This document shows positions 1 to 12,992 of a DNA stretch of 64,000 nucleotides, piece by piece. Below the pieces are notes generated by a model. That model searched no databases. It had not been told where the DNA came from and worked only from the letters and a program-made list of their open reading frames with translations. Numbering within the stretch: the first letter of the stretch is position 1; each line of letters opens with the position of its first letter. Origin of the DNA: Fimicolochytrium jonesii (Eukaryota). The translations under genes were made by a program, and so were the position numbers. The stretch is from the NCBI RefSeq assembly GCF_025526975.1, contig NW_026515676.1, forward strand, positions 434,001-498,000, written 5' to 3'.

Positions 1-153
1 TCGCGCGTCGCCTGCGCCGGATTCCAGGAGAGCGTTTTCGCACTTCCCGGCGTATTTCACAATTCGCTGCATATGGAGATTGCAAGAGCAGGAACGGAAG
101 ATACCTCAGTCAAACGGCCCGAAGCCTGCTGGACAGGAGTAAGCTGAGCTGCT

Positions 154-2129
154 ATGGGATCGCGGATTCATATGCGTGCGGTGACCGCGGCACTGAAGTC
201 GATTGCTTTGCCGAGACCTCGCCTAAGCAGCACAAGAAAAGCGCTCGACGATTTAGAAACCTTTCGAGCCTTGAAGCCATCCAAACAGAACAAGATTCTC
301 CAAGCGCGCTTGGTGGAGCTCCGGAATCACGAGAGTATTGCCCAGAGAACCGACGAGTGGCACGCGGCACGTCGCACCCGGATCACAGTAAGTAGTCGCA
401 TTGCCACCTTCGTTGGAAAGGAATGTAAGGCGCACAACGTTTGGCAGAGGACGTATGGAGTCCCCCAGCTCAATTTTTGAACCGCTCTGTACCGCTCTAG
501 GCCTCCGAAGTCCCATCGTTTCTCTATCGGAGCGAACGCGTCGTCGATGGCTACTACGATGACTTCCAGATACCCCCAGACCACCGCTTCTATGACGAAA
601 ACATGCACATCTCGCCTTTCAACGGTCCCGAAATCGTTTTAGATCGCAAAGTGTCTGAGGAGCGGCGGAAAAGCAACCGCGCCCAGGCTTGGGGCATCGG
701 TTTCGAGCCTCTTGCTTCTTTGATCTATGAGAAGCTTTCGAAACGGAAGCTTGAGAGCTTCGGCCTGCTCCTGCACGACGCGTATCCATGGCTAGGCGCG
801 TCGGTGGATGGAGTGGAGACAAAGAATGGCTTGGTAGTGGAGATCAAGTGTCCATCAAGGATGGTTAGCGAGTTCCCTGAACTAGAACCGCCAGAGTTGC
901 ATTATTGGGTGCAGGTCCAGATTCAATTGGAGGTATTGGGGTTACCGGAAGGCTCTCTTTTCACGGTAAGCACCAGATGTTCGAACCATGCCCTTTCTTG
1001 AAATTTCGCCTGATCTCTTTGCGTCTGTTAGTGCTACTTTATGAAGTATAACGATGAAGAAGACTTTCTAACAGATCCCATTGAACGGATACGGGGGTGT
1101 ATGCTGGTTCCGGTATCCGATCGGAAAAAAGCGAGGCTGCCAACCATATACCCCCCAGCGCCGTTGATGATTCTTGATCCCGAGGCGTCAGAAGCGGAGA
1201 GGATTGCCCTGATTGAATGGGCAAATAAGGAGATCCGTGACGGAAGCCTGCCGCCCGCTGAAACCTCATCCACAGAAGAATCGGTTGAGGATGAGGTGGA
1301 GGAGGCCGCGGAATCACAGCTCATCCCCACCTACAAAACGCTGTATTGGGGATTACACACACACACGACGAAACCCATTCGGAGAAACAAAACATGGTTC
1401 GAGTCGATACTGCCCGATCTCGTGCAAACTCACGACGACCTAACGGGAAGGATTGCAGATTGGGACATGGAGACTTCGGAGAGGGAGAGTGTGGCGGGAG
1501 CGAAACCGGCGAAGAGGAAAACGGCAAAGAAGCGGATAAAGAAGAAGGCTGGGATAGAAGACGACGCTGGAGATCAGGCAGTTGGTGATACCATCAGCGA
1601 CGAAGGCGGTTCCGGGGAAACGGTGGGGAAAGCAGCTCAGAAGGCGTCTCGGAAGAAAAAAATAAGCAAGAAGAGCGATCTTGAAGAAACCGCTGGAGGA
1701 GAGAATGCTGCAGATGTTGGTGATACCATCAGCGACGACGGCGGGTCCGGGGAGACGGTGAAGAGGCCTGCTAAGAGGGGCCCTAGGAAGAAAACTATAA
1801 GCAAGACGGGCGATCTCGAAGAGATTGCCGCAGAACATGTCATCAGCGACGGTCGGCTGGCTGAAACGTCGGAGCAGCGGTCACAGGAGCCTTCTAAGAA
1901 GCGAACAATAAGCCAAAGGATCGGAGTCACCGATACCGCTAGAGAAGACATATTCAGTTTTCTCGTTCCCGCTGCCAAGTCGGAGGAATCGATACAAAAG
2001 CCCAAGAAGGAAAAGATCGACAAGAGCGACCAAGAAGAGACCGCTGCAGTAGAAGATATTTTCCCCTCTATGACCAACGGCGCCAAACCGGTGGAGTTAT
2101 CCAAGAAAGCTGCTAAGGCGAGCGGGTAA
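154..2129 (+). CDS. YqaJ-like / lambda-exonuclease-fold alkaline nuclease with a K/E-rich repetitive C-terminal tail (3 exons)
   Basis: Splicing introns 388-500 (gtaagt...ctag) and 966-1031 (gtaagc...ttag) gives QRTDEWHAARRTRIT|ASEV, WGIGFEP, PWLGASVDG, VVEIKCP, YWVQVQIQLEV, CYFMKY and RNKTWFESILP, which are YqaJ motifs. The start codon is uncertain. Confidence 0.8.
1560..2060 (+). repeat. Degenerate ~135-bp coding repeats in the nuclease tail
   Basis: gttggtgataccatcagcgacga(a/c)ggcgg(t/g)tccgggga(a/g)acggtg occurs at ~1581 and ~1716. ISKKSDLEETA-like units recur at ~1661, ~1795 and ~2013. Confidence 0.7.
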
Positions 2130-2430
2130 AGGTCCCTGTCGACTAGAATCCTAGAGCGCAACTCCATGCGCAGATCGAAGATATGGGACGTCCACTGCAC
2201 GGATAGATGTATGTTGCGGCGTATCTACCCTCCCCAGCATGGTTAGAGTCCCCGATTTAATGTATTCTATTGTCGATATTTCTAATCCTCAGGTCCCAAA
2301 AATACATATTGATCCCGCTGCTGCTATATATGTCTAGCGTAAGCTACTCAAAGTAGAAGAAGACTCTTCTCTGGGCTACTATCATGTCCTCCAATCGACC
2401 ACCCAAAACCAGTAATCCGCGCCGTCTCGA

Positions 2431-3805
2431 TCACACCAGATCCGTCAAACCCCGTTCGTTCTGCCTCGCGCACGCCCGCTCACACGCCCCCACAACCATG
2501 AACGTCACGGCAGCCGATGGCCCAGCCTTCAGCACCGCGGGAACGATCCCTTTGTACAGCGCGCGCACGCCTTCGCTTCGAGCGATGGCGAGACCGCACC
2601 GGATGAAGGACCGGGGGTATGCTGGTACGCTGCCGACCACGTAGGAGGTCCGCGTTGGGCCTTGGATTTGGAGGCGTTTCCTACGATGACAGACGGTTTA
2701 ATGAATTGATTTGACCCAAGGTTGGACATGGTAGGGCATGGGGTCCATCTTTATTACCTCACTACGTCGAAAGGCATGACCGCGGATTTCCCAATCATAC
2801 CCGCCAAACCACCTGTCAAGAAACTTTCCAGCCCTGTCCCCTATAAAAGTGCGAAAAGTTGAGCAAAAGCGCAAGCGAGTGCCAAATCAAAAATCAAGGA
2901 GCGCTTCAACGCACCTTTAGCCTCGTTCCATCGACAGCATCATTCAATATCCTGTAAGACGCAAACACAATCCCCATCTGGGGCATCATCTGCATCACAC
3001 TCGGCCACACGCCCCGATAGAACCCCCGTATCCCCTCCGTCCTCGCTATCTGTCCCACCGCCTGCATCAACCCGGTATACGGTCCACCCTCGGCGCCCTG
3101 GACCGCAAACCGCGTCCTCAACAGATCAAACGGGTATGTCGACACCGTCGCGGCGCATCCCGCCAACGCACCCGCGACCATCTCCGCAGGTAAATGCTGT
3201 AGCAGGCTAGATAATTGCGCGGGGAGACCTGAATCGTGTCGTTGTTGGGCGGATTTCGCTTTGTGTTCGTTGATGAAAGTGACGGCTCGGTTGTAGGTGT
3301 AGAACTGGACTGCTCCGTATGTAAGGTAGAGGTACTCTGCCGAGAGATTGCCCTTCCAGAGGCCACGGTAGCCTTCTTCCCGGACGATTCGGCTGAAGGA
3401 CTGCACGACTCCGCGGTACTTTTTCGGAGCTTCAGTTGTAGTAGTTGCTTGTGTTGTTGTTGAGGACATTGGCGCGGAGGCCGCTGCCGTCGCTGTTGAT
3501 GGAGCTCCACCTGCATGTATGGACTCAACAATAGCAGTCCGTGCCGAAGGGATGTGCGATAGTGTGTTCTTCGCTATTTCTTTCAAAGGCGTCAGAGCGC
3601 CAGTCTGCAGCTGGAAACGAATTTTTATGACATCCAGCGGCGCAATGACGAAGCGGGAGACGACGCCGGCCGTTGCACCACATAGAGCGTTCTGCCATGG
3701 CGGTATTTTCACTTTCGCTTGTTTGGGCTGTGAGGGCTTTTCGGTCAATGCTGCAGCGGCGTTTGTCGTCGTGAGGGACGCTGGACCGTCATGGACGCTG
3801 GCCAT
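2431..3805 (-). CDS. TPC1: Mitochondrial carrier, thiamine-pyrophosphate carrier-like
   Basis: Carrier signatures PLDVIKIRFQLQ, PFDLLRTRF, EGYRGLWKGNLSAEYLYLTYGAVQF and EGVRALYKG, spread over spliced exons. Confidence 0.8.
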
Positions 3806-6205
3806 GGCTATCGAACTCGTGGAGAATTTTTGCGTTATGCACTTTGGCGAGTTTGAGTGCGGAGGAGAATATGCTACGCCTCGCCCACAGAATCGTTCCG
3901 AAGGTCAAAAATGTCACAGGGGGCGGTCTTTTATCTCCGTCTGCAATCTACTCTACCTCTGGGAAGGCAAATTGGGGTGAATTCTGAGAGCGCTGGGCGT
4001 GCGTCAACAAACGCGATATCGATGGAACAACACCTGGAAAGTGCCTTCACAAAGACTCTTGACCGGGTTGGCCGTCACAGCGTCAACCTCAACTTCAGGT
4101 TGGCCCCTCTCTCAACACACCCTCCACCTTGGATCCTTGGACACCATGGCAACTGCCTGTCTCAACGGACGCGACACCTGGAACTACCAGCTAGAAGCAG
4201 GTAGGGCTCACTGAGTGGTGAAACAACGCACCGCACCCAGTTCGAACTTCGAAGAGCAGATCACGGCAAGTCCTATCGGGAGGAACGGAGGACCGCGCGA
4301 CAATGACTCTCTCAGTTGGGCGAACTGCGCCTGCTGCTTTGTGAAACTTGATGCACAAGGTAAGCCGACTGTTTGGACTAAGGCAAGAATATGTTAGAGA
4401 TGAAATGAACATGGATCCCTCATTCGAGCTACCTGTGCGTTGGTCACCGCCGCGGTGGGAGCTTTGCATCTGTGTGAAGATGGTTGACCCGGTAGTTGAC
4501 GGTTTCCCTGATGGTCGCCTCCGTAGAGCATCTTCAGTAGATCTCTCGGTTGCCTCTTCACTTGGGTTTTGGACACAACGCATCTTCCGAGCAATGAATA
4601 CCGGAACTTCACCGAGCGAAAGGCAGCAGAGAGTAACAAGTGCGAGCTGGAAGGTGCCTGATGCACTGATGCACTGCACGTCGTCTGGCTAATCATCGCA
4701 TCAGCCTGCTTTCACCGTCAGGCGAGGAAATTACCTGGACCGTGGAGCCAAATAAATCGCAAAGACTGAGTGGACAAGAGAATGTGCGCATGGTCTGTTG
4801 GATGCACAGAAGATGGACAGAAGATGAGGTCAACCTTCTAAGTGAGAGCGTTTAAGGTCAAGCTGTTTAACACAGTTCGAAACCCATTCTTTCAGTGATT
4901 GCCGAACAGACATCGGGAAGAGTTTAGCGAACGCTATGTCACGGTCTGATTCCTTACGCGAAGGATATCACTCCTGCTCGCATTCTTCTATAATCTGTAC
5001 TAGCAACGGCCAACTTCTACACCTGGCGTCTACGCCTTCCCTGTTGCTCATGCATCGATCCCAGCATGGACCGGATGGTGGATTGCCGTAGCTCGTCCGG
5101 CAATGGGGAAATGCGTGCGGCGTGTGTCGAAGAAAACCCCTTCACAACCGGTTACGCCGTATACGCCGTCTACAATCTGGGCGCAAATGTGCATGCGGCC
5201 CATCATGCCTGAACTGCCCGCTCCTTACCGAGTACAGGGGAGAGCCTCACTGGACTTTTGCGGTCGCAAAGGAGGTCTCGGAAACGGACACGGCTCCCGA
5301 GAAATCTGGTTTCAAGCACGCCGACATCACCTTCCGATATGGAAACGGGTAGCTGTAGAGAAACGGCAGCTCTTTTATGGGGGCAATGAATGGATTACGG
5401 AACGGATAAGAGTGAAAGAGAGGAGGGAACGCGTAGCCCTGGATGACCTCAATAGGAGGTCATTCGCTGTAGGACTGACGTAGGAGCAATGGAGGACGCA
5501 TCTCTAGAAGCGACTTTCCATCGGGCTTCGACATGGTGAGAACCACGGTATCCCCACTCGGAGTGAGAGCCCCCAGACGTCATTCACGTGATACGTAGTT
5601 TGAAGAAAAAGGCAAATATCCAAGTACGGAGCGCTTGCAGCAGTCCACCGGGTCAGACTTCATGTATGGGAATTCGACCCTTCAGAACCTTTTCTGCTCA
5701 TCAGCCTCGTCATTTCCGGATATGGCCGAGTTACTGATTAGTACGTGAGGGTATGGAAGTCCGCGGACCGAGGTAAAAGTGTCAAGCCCTGCTACTATCT
5801 AGATCTAGCATGACGCCAACTCGTCGGAGAGGCAACCGGAGTTTGCGAGAATTGAGCGTCTCCCACCGGCCGAGGAGAACGCGCGCATCACGCACGGCGA
5901 TCGTCCTTCCAAAGCCCCGTTTCCTCACGTCACCAACTTGCGTTTTCCTCCTGTCCCCCTACTGCCTTTTCCCTGCCCGTCCCCTTTTTGGAAAACCCCC
6001 CAGGTAAAAAGGATGGGCACCCCTTTCCCCACGCTCTCCTCCTTCTGCAACTTCGAATTCACAGACACTCCATATTACTGTACAACGCATAGTCCTACAG
6101 TACCCCGCAGTGGTGTCGCACGCTTAGGAGGAGCTGAAGAGGGAGGCGAACGGTGCGCGACAATTTTGCAACCGAGAGGCTGTCCAAAAAGAGGGCATTT
6201 CCGAA

Positions 6206-9200
6206 ATGGATGTCCACCTATTGGCTGGAAGGGCCCACAAACGCTCAGTCTTACTTCCTGGGCCTATGTTGGGTGACGGGAAGGCTCCCGATGCTCGAGA
6301 CCTCCTGGCACGCACATACGCTGTCATTAGCCACCGCGCTCGTCGGTTGACGATACTCTCTCGACATGGAAGCCCAGACCGCCTAGTGGTTGCTTATCAG
6401 GAGTTGGTCATTGACTGCCACTCGTTCTTGGCGACAGTAGCTCGAAAACACTTGCAGGCCACTCTCGCTCCGGGTTCGACAGGCAGTTTTGGTGCTGCAC
6501 CTGGTTACCCCGATATTTCGCACTTCCCTGGTGCAAAACAGCTTGCTCTTCTTCAAGCGATTAACGCCCTCAAGGATGCGCTGAATACACTCTCGCGAAG
6601 TATACGATATACTGCCAGCTCCGGATCGAATGTGGATATGGGACATGGTGACGCAGGAAAGCCAGATGGGCCGGACCCGTTAGAAGGCGACGTGCGTCGT
6701 GTCTTGGAAGCTACTAGACGTTTGGTTGAAATCGTGAGCAAGTTTCGGACGCATCACGAACCGGATGCAGGAAGCGTATCCCGTAAAGCAACAATCAGCA
6801 AACGGCCGTCATTTGCGTCTCTGGTGGGACAGTTTGGCACGAAGAACATCAACAGATCACTGTCAGATCCTACCACATCCACCAGCAGTCGGAGCAATGG
6901 GATCCAAAAAGGCAGGCGACCGTCTGGGAGTCGTATATCGCTACCGCTTGCTGTCGAGTCACATACTACGAAAAAGCGCACAGGCACTCTTGCGAGTGAA
7001 TGCGATTGCGGAGGAAGAGATATACGTCGCGTTATACCCGTGCTTTCCGAGTTAGGAATCGTTGTCGGAAGCTCTCTGCAGGAAGTGCGAATATTAAAGA
7101 AGAACCTTCTGCATAGTTGCGACATCCCGACAACATCGAGGGCAATCGAAGACATGAGCATAACCGAAGCATGTTACGAGCAGGCACTCAACCGATTGCT
7201 TCCGTTGATCTCGTCTCTGGCTTCCGATGGGGATCATGGGCACGCAACGGCCGCTGATCTCGAGCGCCTACAGCAAGACCTGGTGGAAAAGGACGCAAAG
7301 CTAAATGCCCTAACGAAAGAGTGTGAGAACACTCAGCGAATGAACGCCGCACTCCTCGAGGAAAACGCCATGCTTAAGGCTGACATAGAAGCTCTCAATC
7401 GAAGAACCAGTAACTTGGAGCTATGCCAGACGCCCCGGTCCGAGGACACCATACGACTTTCCGAATTTCCCTTGTTGAGTCCTGCCACGGAGATTGACGG
7501 AGGGGACTCATACCTGGGTACAAGCGGCATACCATCAGTAGCGGTGTCTTCGCCTGTACTCAACTACGCCGAGATCACCATGCAGAATGTCTCGCGCGAG
7601 CCTGACACTACCGCACAGCGAATCCATAGTGGGGTCATACAAGCCGAGGCCTTGTTAAACACGGTGAAACAAAGGCGGCTGGCCGCACGATCTTCTATGA
7701 GCTCTGTCAAGTCAACTGCCATCAAGTCATCAAGGAGTCTCCCTGAGATCACAGGCTACACATCCTTGTGGTATGATTTCAACCGCGCGGTGAGTTGCAG
7801 TCGAGTTGTCGTCGTACGCCTGGCTGCCACCATCTAATATGTCATTCGCTTGTCCGTCAGTTTGACGCTGATCCAAAGACGACAGCATGTCTCAAAATTC
7901 AGCGGCTTTGGCGAGGTTACGTTGCTCGTAAGAAGCTCAAGAACATCAAGCATCGGTTGATGATCGTCAATGAGGTGTTGGACACGGAGGCTTCATACGT
8001 CCGAGGGCTGCTCGTTCTGCACAAGGTATGAGGCGTTCGCAGCGACTGTAATCACTGAAAGATCGTTCGGAAATCTGATGTGACCTCTTAGGAATATATG
8101 CTTCCCTTGCAAGAAGAAAAAGACGAGAAGTCGCATTCAATAACACCGACTGATTTCGACAACATGTTTGGGCATCTTAGCGAAATCATGCAGTTCAGTC
8201 AAAGGCTTCTCGACTCCATGGTGGACAGGGTGGCCTACTGGCATCACGAACAATGCTTTGGTGACATTTTCATCGATGCCGCCGAGTCCATGAAAATCTA
8301 TGCTCACTACATCAACAATTACGATCTCGCCATGGAAACCCTACAACGCCTGCTCGACAACTTTACCTTTGCCAAACGACTGCAGAGTCTCGAGAAAGCA
8401 GCAAGCCGATCGCACGATCTGAAGGATCTTCTGATAACGCCAGTGCAGCGACCACCGCGATATCTACTGCTGTTGCAGGAATTGCTGAAGAGAACGCCAG
8501 AGAAGCATCCTGACTATGAAAACTTGGTTTCTGCTGTGAAGCGGATAAAGCGAACTGTCCACACGATCAACGAGCGGAAGAAGAGACACGAGTCCATGCG
8601 GAAACTGCATGAAGCGGTGCGCGGCAGCCCTATACATCTCGTGGCTACAAATCGATACATGGTGTTCTCGGGACCCGTTTTGGAACTTAACGAAAGATCA
8701 ACTGGTGTCAACGACCTCAAATACCACCGCCACTTACTGCTATTCAACGACCTGCTTCTATGCGCCTCACCAACCTCCAATATTACCGAAACGAATTCAG
8801 CTAACCCAGAAGCGACACAATATGACTTCAAATGGGCACTGCCTCTTGCAGACATTGTGACCGTAATTGAACGAGACTCCAACTGCTTCCAAGTTGCATG
8901 GAAGGCCGGAGCTTCTTCAGGAATCAGAATACTATATACCCGCAACCAAGAAGAGCACACGGACTGGGTCAAACATTTCGCCCACGCTCGCAAAAACCAG
9001 ATCAGACTCTCACGTCAATCAACATTGGAAGGAGCCGGCCTTATCCTCCCGCCAACCCACCTAGTCGTCAAAACCGCCACACGCCGTAAAAGCTTGCAAA
9101 CGATCAACCAAACGATAGAGCGTCTAGAATCCGAAATCCAAGAAGAGGCCAAAGTCATCGAGGGCTTCCAACTCCTCGAAAACCTAAACTCGACGAAACC

Positions 9201-9551
9201 GGAATCCGCAACCAAATCTGCCAAATCTGTTCCGGGGCCAATCAAAGCGCTCGCTACTCCGTTCGCACCTGTCATCAAATCTCATAATCGGCCGATGTTG
9301 AGCTGGGATCGGGAGAATTGGATTGGGTTACTTCCTGGTGTCAAGAAACTTTCGAGGACTTTGTCGTTGAGGGGCCAGAGGGATGAGTCGGAGAAGAAGC
9401 TGGGGGTTTTGAAGCGTGAAGTCTCTCGGTAAGTTGTGTGGGTCATTGTTTCGGAAAAGTACACCCGGATCACTCTCTCATTATTTTTGTTTTCCAACAT
9501 AGGCATCAGCTCCTCAGACAGCAACTCCAAACCCCGCCTCCCTTGGGATGA
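6206..9551 (+). CDS. RhoGEF: long N-terminal region, IQ motif, DH-PH, and a C-terminal HR1-like coiled coil
   Basis: IQRLWRGYVARK (IQ). NEVLDTEASYV and LLITPVQRPPRYLLLLQELLKRTP (DH). HLLLFNDLLLC (PH). Introns near 7790-7860, 8026-8091 and 9429-9502. Confidence 0.85.
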
Positions 9552-10089
9552 ATCGCGCACCTGGACTTCGGACAAGTTGCTGGACTTCCCTACAACATGG
9601 CCCTTGACTTGTCCCTGTCAAACAGTGTCCTCCCACCGGAGACGCCTGGAACCTAGCCTTAAGTGTAGACCACTTTCTGAGGATATTTCCTGCTTATACA
9701 TGGCGTCTCCCTCCCTCCCTCGTTGACCCTTTTTGGCCGTCCCTAGTGGCGTATGTTCGTAATGTCGTGTCGCCCGTTACCTATTCCTGTATCATATACC
9801 CGTTGTGCACACAGCTATAAACATATTCCGACAAGGTTTATAATAAACGTTGGTGTTGGTCTACTTGTTGTAATACCATTGCTGAGTTGTCGGACCATTC
9901 TCACTGGCTCGTATTTGCATCGTATCGCGCCGGCTCGCATCATACCAAACACACCTCCGCCAGTTCGTATTCTCACATTGAATAATGATCTGGCGGGATA
10001 AACACAATTCAGACAAGATCTATCTAGCAAGTCAGAGCGGGATACATGATGCGATCCGCAGAGGCCTCGCTAGAACCGCGAGAGACCAA

Positions 10090-11810
10090 TCATCGACTCG
10101 TTGTGTTGAACTGCAGGAAGAAAGCGTCCGTTGGTTCGTTGGTGTACAGAACGTGGTTGATGTAGTGTTGTCTGTAAGGTAAACGCGCACGACATCCATT
10201 AGTAAGTCATGCCAACTTCCTTTCTACCGCCGCAAGCCGACATCTCCAAAGCCGAAAATAACGTCCACCAAACACTCACTTCGCCTTCTGCTCCCCAGCC
10301 TTCTCCCTATTTTCCTCCAACAGCCTCGCAGCGTCCTCGCGCTGCCGGCGAACCTTCTCGCGCTCAAGCAGCATTGCGGCGCGGATGTTGGCTGCGTCTT
10401 GGCGGGCTATGCGTTGTGCTTCTTGGCGTTCTTCTTCGCGTTTGGTCTGTGGTGGGTTGTGAGTTTGGGGAGTGGGAGAGTGGGAATGGGTTGGGTTGGG
10501 CTTTACCTGGAGGTCTGCACGCTGCTTTGCTTGTACTTGCGCGATGTATTCTTGTTGTTCCCTCGTGATGCCTTTGAAATCGTCTACGCGGACTCTGTAC
10601 ATCACAAGAAACAGTAGCCAGTTACCTTCCCATCATGTTTCCTACGTATTCAAAGGGTAATGCACTGAACTTACTGATGGCCACCCCGGATGTTGAACAC
10701 ATCAGGCTGCTCGGTCAAGAACCGGCCGTTCACTTGCTGATTCACCTCGTCGATGCTTTGCTGCTCTTCATGGCGGCGGCGTTCTGCTTCGCGCTCTTTT
10801 TTGAATTGAGCCTGGGATGAAAGAGGGCGGGATGCATTAGCGGTCTCTTGGAGCCGTTGCATGATACACATGCACCATCGGAATGTGTAAGGTTTTGTGG
10901 AGCTTACCTGTTGGCGATTGAACGCCTCATCGGCACGAGCTTGCGCCTGCCGCGCCTCTTGCACGGCCTTTTGAAGTGTTAGGACTTTTTGGTCAACGTC
11001 GTTTTGGTACTGCTCGTATCGACTAGAGGGGATGAAGAGTGAGGCCATGCGTTCTCCTTCTCTTCGGCACGATCCAAAAAACTCAATAGATCCTCCTCCC
11101 ATCTTATGCCCCTCGTCAAATCCTACCTCTTCTCCTCAGCTTCCTCCGCCTTCTTCATCCTCCGCTCCCAAACCTGCTCATTCGTCCACGCCCTAATCTG
11201 CTCCTTCTGCAACTTCTTCCTCCTCTCCTGCGCCAAATCCTCCCCTTCAAACCTCTGACACGAGCTCAGCCCAATCGTCTGATCATCATCACCGATCCGG
11301 CCCGGCCGGTCCTTTCGCAGCGCTAAGGGGTCGTAGAGGTCATAGTCCCTCCGCTGGGTGGGGTGTTGGTGGGCTGACCGGAATTGATTGAGACGTTCGA
11401 GCTCGCTGCGGGCTTGCGCGGCGGCTTCGGCTTCGAGGTGGGCGAGGGTGAGGTTGGCTTCGCGCATTGCTTTGTCTGTGGAAGGTTCAGAAGCTTGGTT
11501 TGAGAAGACGGAGGTGGAGGATGGGGTCTGACGAACCGAAAGCTTCCTCCCTCTGCTGCTCTTCCCGCTTTATTCGCTCCTTTGTCCTCATTTGATCCTC
11601 CAAAGCCTGGACATCAATCTGCCGAGGAAAGCGGTTAGACTCGGGTGAGCATCCTAGCCGATGTGACCAAGCCCCGACAATCATATCTCATACCCCAAAA
11701 ACCCGTATCTTAGGATCAAAAATCCTCTTCTTGCGCTCCGCGTCGAGATGCTTCCGCCTGTTAATGGCCGCATCCCGCAGGGTGTCGGAAAGGATCTCGA
11801 CTTTGTACAT
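10090..11810 (-). CDS. RIB43A: RIB43A-like axonemal microtubule inner (ribbon) protein
   Basis: MYKV...RKKRIFDPKIRVFG|IDVQALEDQ, RRDYDLYDP, QRFEGEDL, DDFKGIT and C-terminal YTNEPTDAFFLQFNTTSR*, over multiple exons. Confidence 0.9.
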
Positions 11811-12357
11811 GGCTCTCAAACGCAACTGCTCGCACGGATGTACAGGTGTCGGCCGGAGTCTCTCAAGGAAGAGCACCGGTTATGAAGATACAATCCCTGT
11901 TTGCCGGCGGACCAGATTGTCGGGACTCCTTCGAAAACACTTATCCTGAGTTTAAAAGGTGGCAAAAACGCAAGTCGGAGATTATTGACAGGATGCTCAT
12001 TGCTGACGTGAGCTGTCAGTAGGCCGCATGTTGCGGTGGTGCTCTCAACTGCGAATTCAGAATCAGTCATCGCAGGGCATCCTTCTGCTTTGGTATAGGC
12101 TAGGCTTCTCAATACACGGCGGGTTGGAGTCGCCTATGGAAGGCAGTAGCGGAGCGCACACAGTCCTGCCGGTCCACTGGGCGCCTACCCGCGGCAGCCT
12201 GGTCAAGATGGCGGATAGGGAATTAGGTTCGTACCCTCGGTGGTGTATCCCGTTGGACAACTGTAGCCTCTATTGGGAAAGTGTCCACGCTGGGCATATG
12301 TTTCAGTCTCAGTCTTAATTATTGATGTATTTGGCCGTGGTCCTGCATCTCTACCAG

Positions 12358-12847
12358 AATACAAAGCGAAATAGTACGTTGCGGGAGTTTCAGGCGATCC
12401 TTCGAAGGTTCAGGGAATCTGTGAAGTGATAATTGTCTTGTTCGTTTGCGCAGTACGGCTTTGAAAGCCCGCTTGCGAGAGGAGGAGAAGGTGCAGGTTG
12501 GCTCTATTTCACGGCATTGTCGACTATTGATTGGCTGACGAGACTCTCTGCCGGTCCTTCCCTTCAGACGTTCGAGCAGCTTCTCTCCCAGTTAACGAAA
12601 CTAAAGAGCGATGTTCGTCGCTTGAAGCTAGAACAAGGGTGAGCCCCCAGTTATGGGCGAGCTACTTACTCTTGGTGCCTATGGATAGTAATCAAAAGCC
12701 CTTGTGTTGTAAGGCTGTGGAGGGAGTCAGAAAGCCCCCCGAGACACGGAGGAGAGCGAGCCCGGGAAGGCGACGCGAGATCAAATGGCAATCACAATCG
12801 AAATGGATGACACAATATTCAGTCATGCATATCCTACTCGAAAGTAA
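12358..12847 (+). CDS. Small multi-exon coiled-coil hypothetical protein (5' end not resolved)
   Basis: Four GT-AG-bounded exons join in frame: NTKRNSTLREFQAILRS|TALKARLREEEK|TFEQLLSQLTKLKSDVRRLKLEQG|LWRE...YPTRK*. Confidence 0.5.
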
Positions 12848-12992
12848 CTCGGGATATATGGGTGTGTATTCAGAGATGGAAATTTCTGGCGAATGAAATC
12901 GGTGTGAATGCATCAGCTGAACATTATACTGCCAGGAGCCTAATGATACGAAATGTGGTGTTGCTAGACTACAATTTCGGAGCTACCACCTG

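Noticed and set aside
3857..5640. Several short ORFs and splice-like signals between TPC1 and the RhoGEF
   Set aside because: The exon joins I tried hit stop codons and no motif was recognisable. A gene may exist but cannot be supported.
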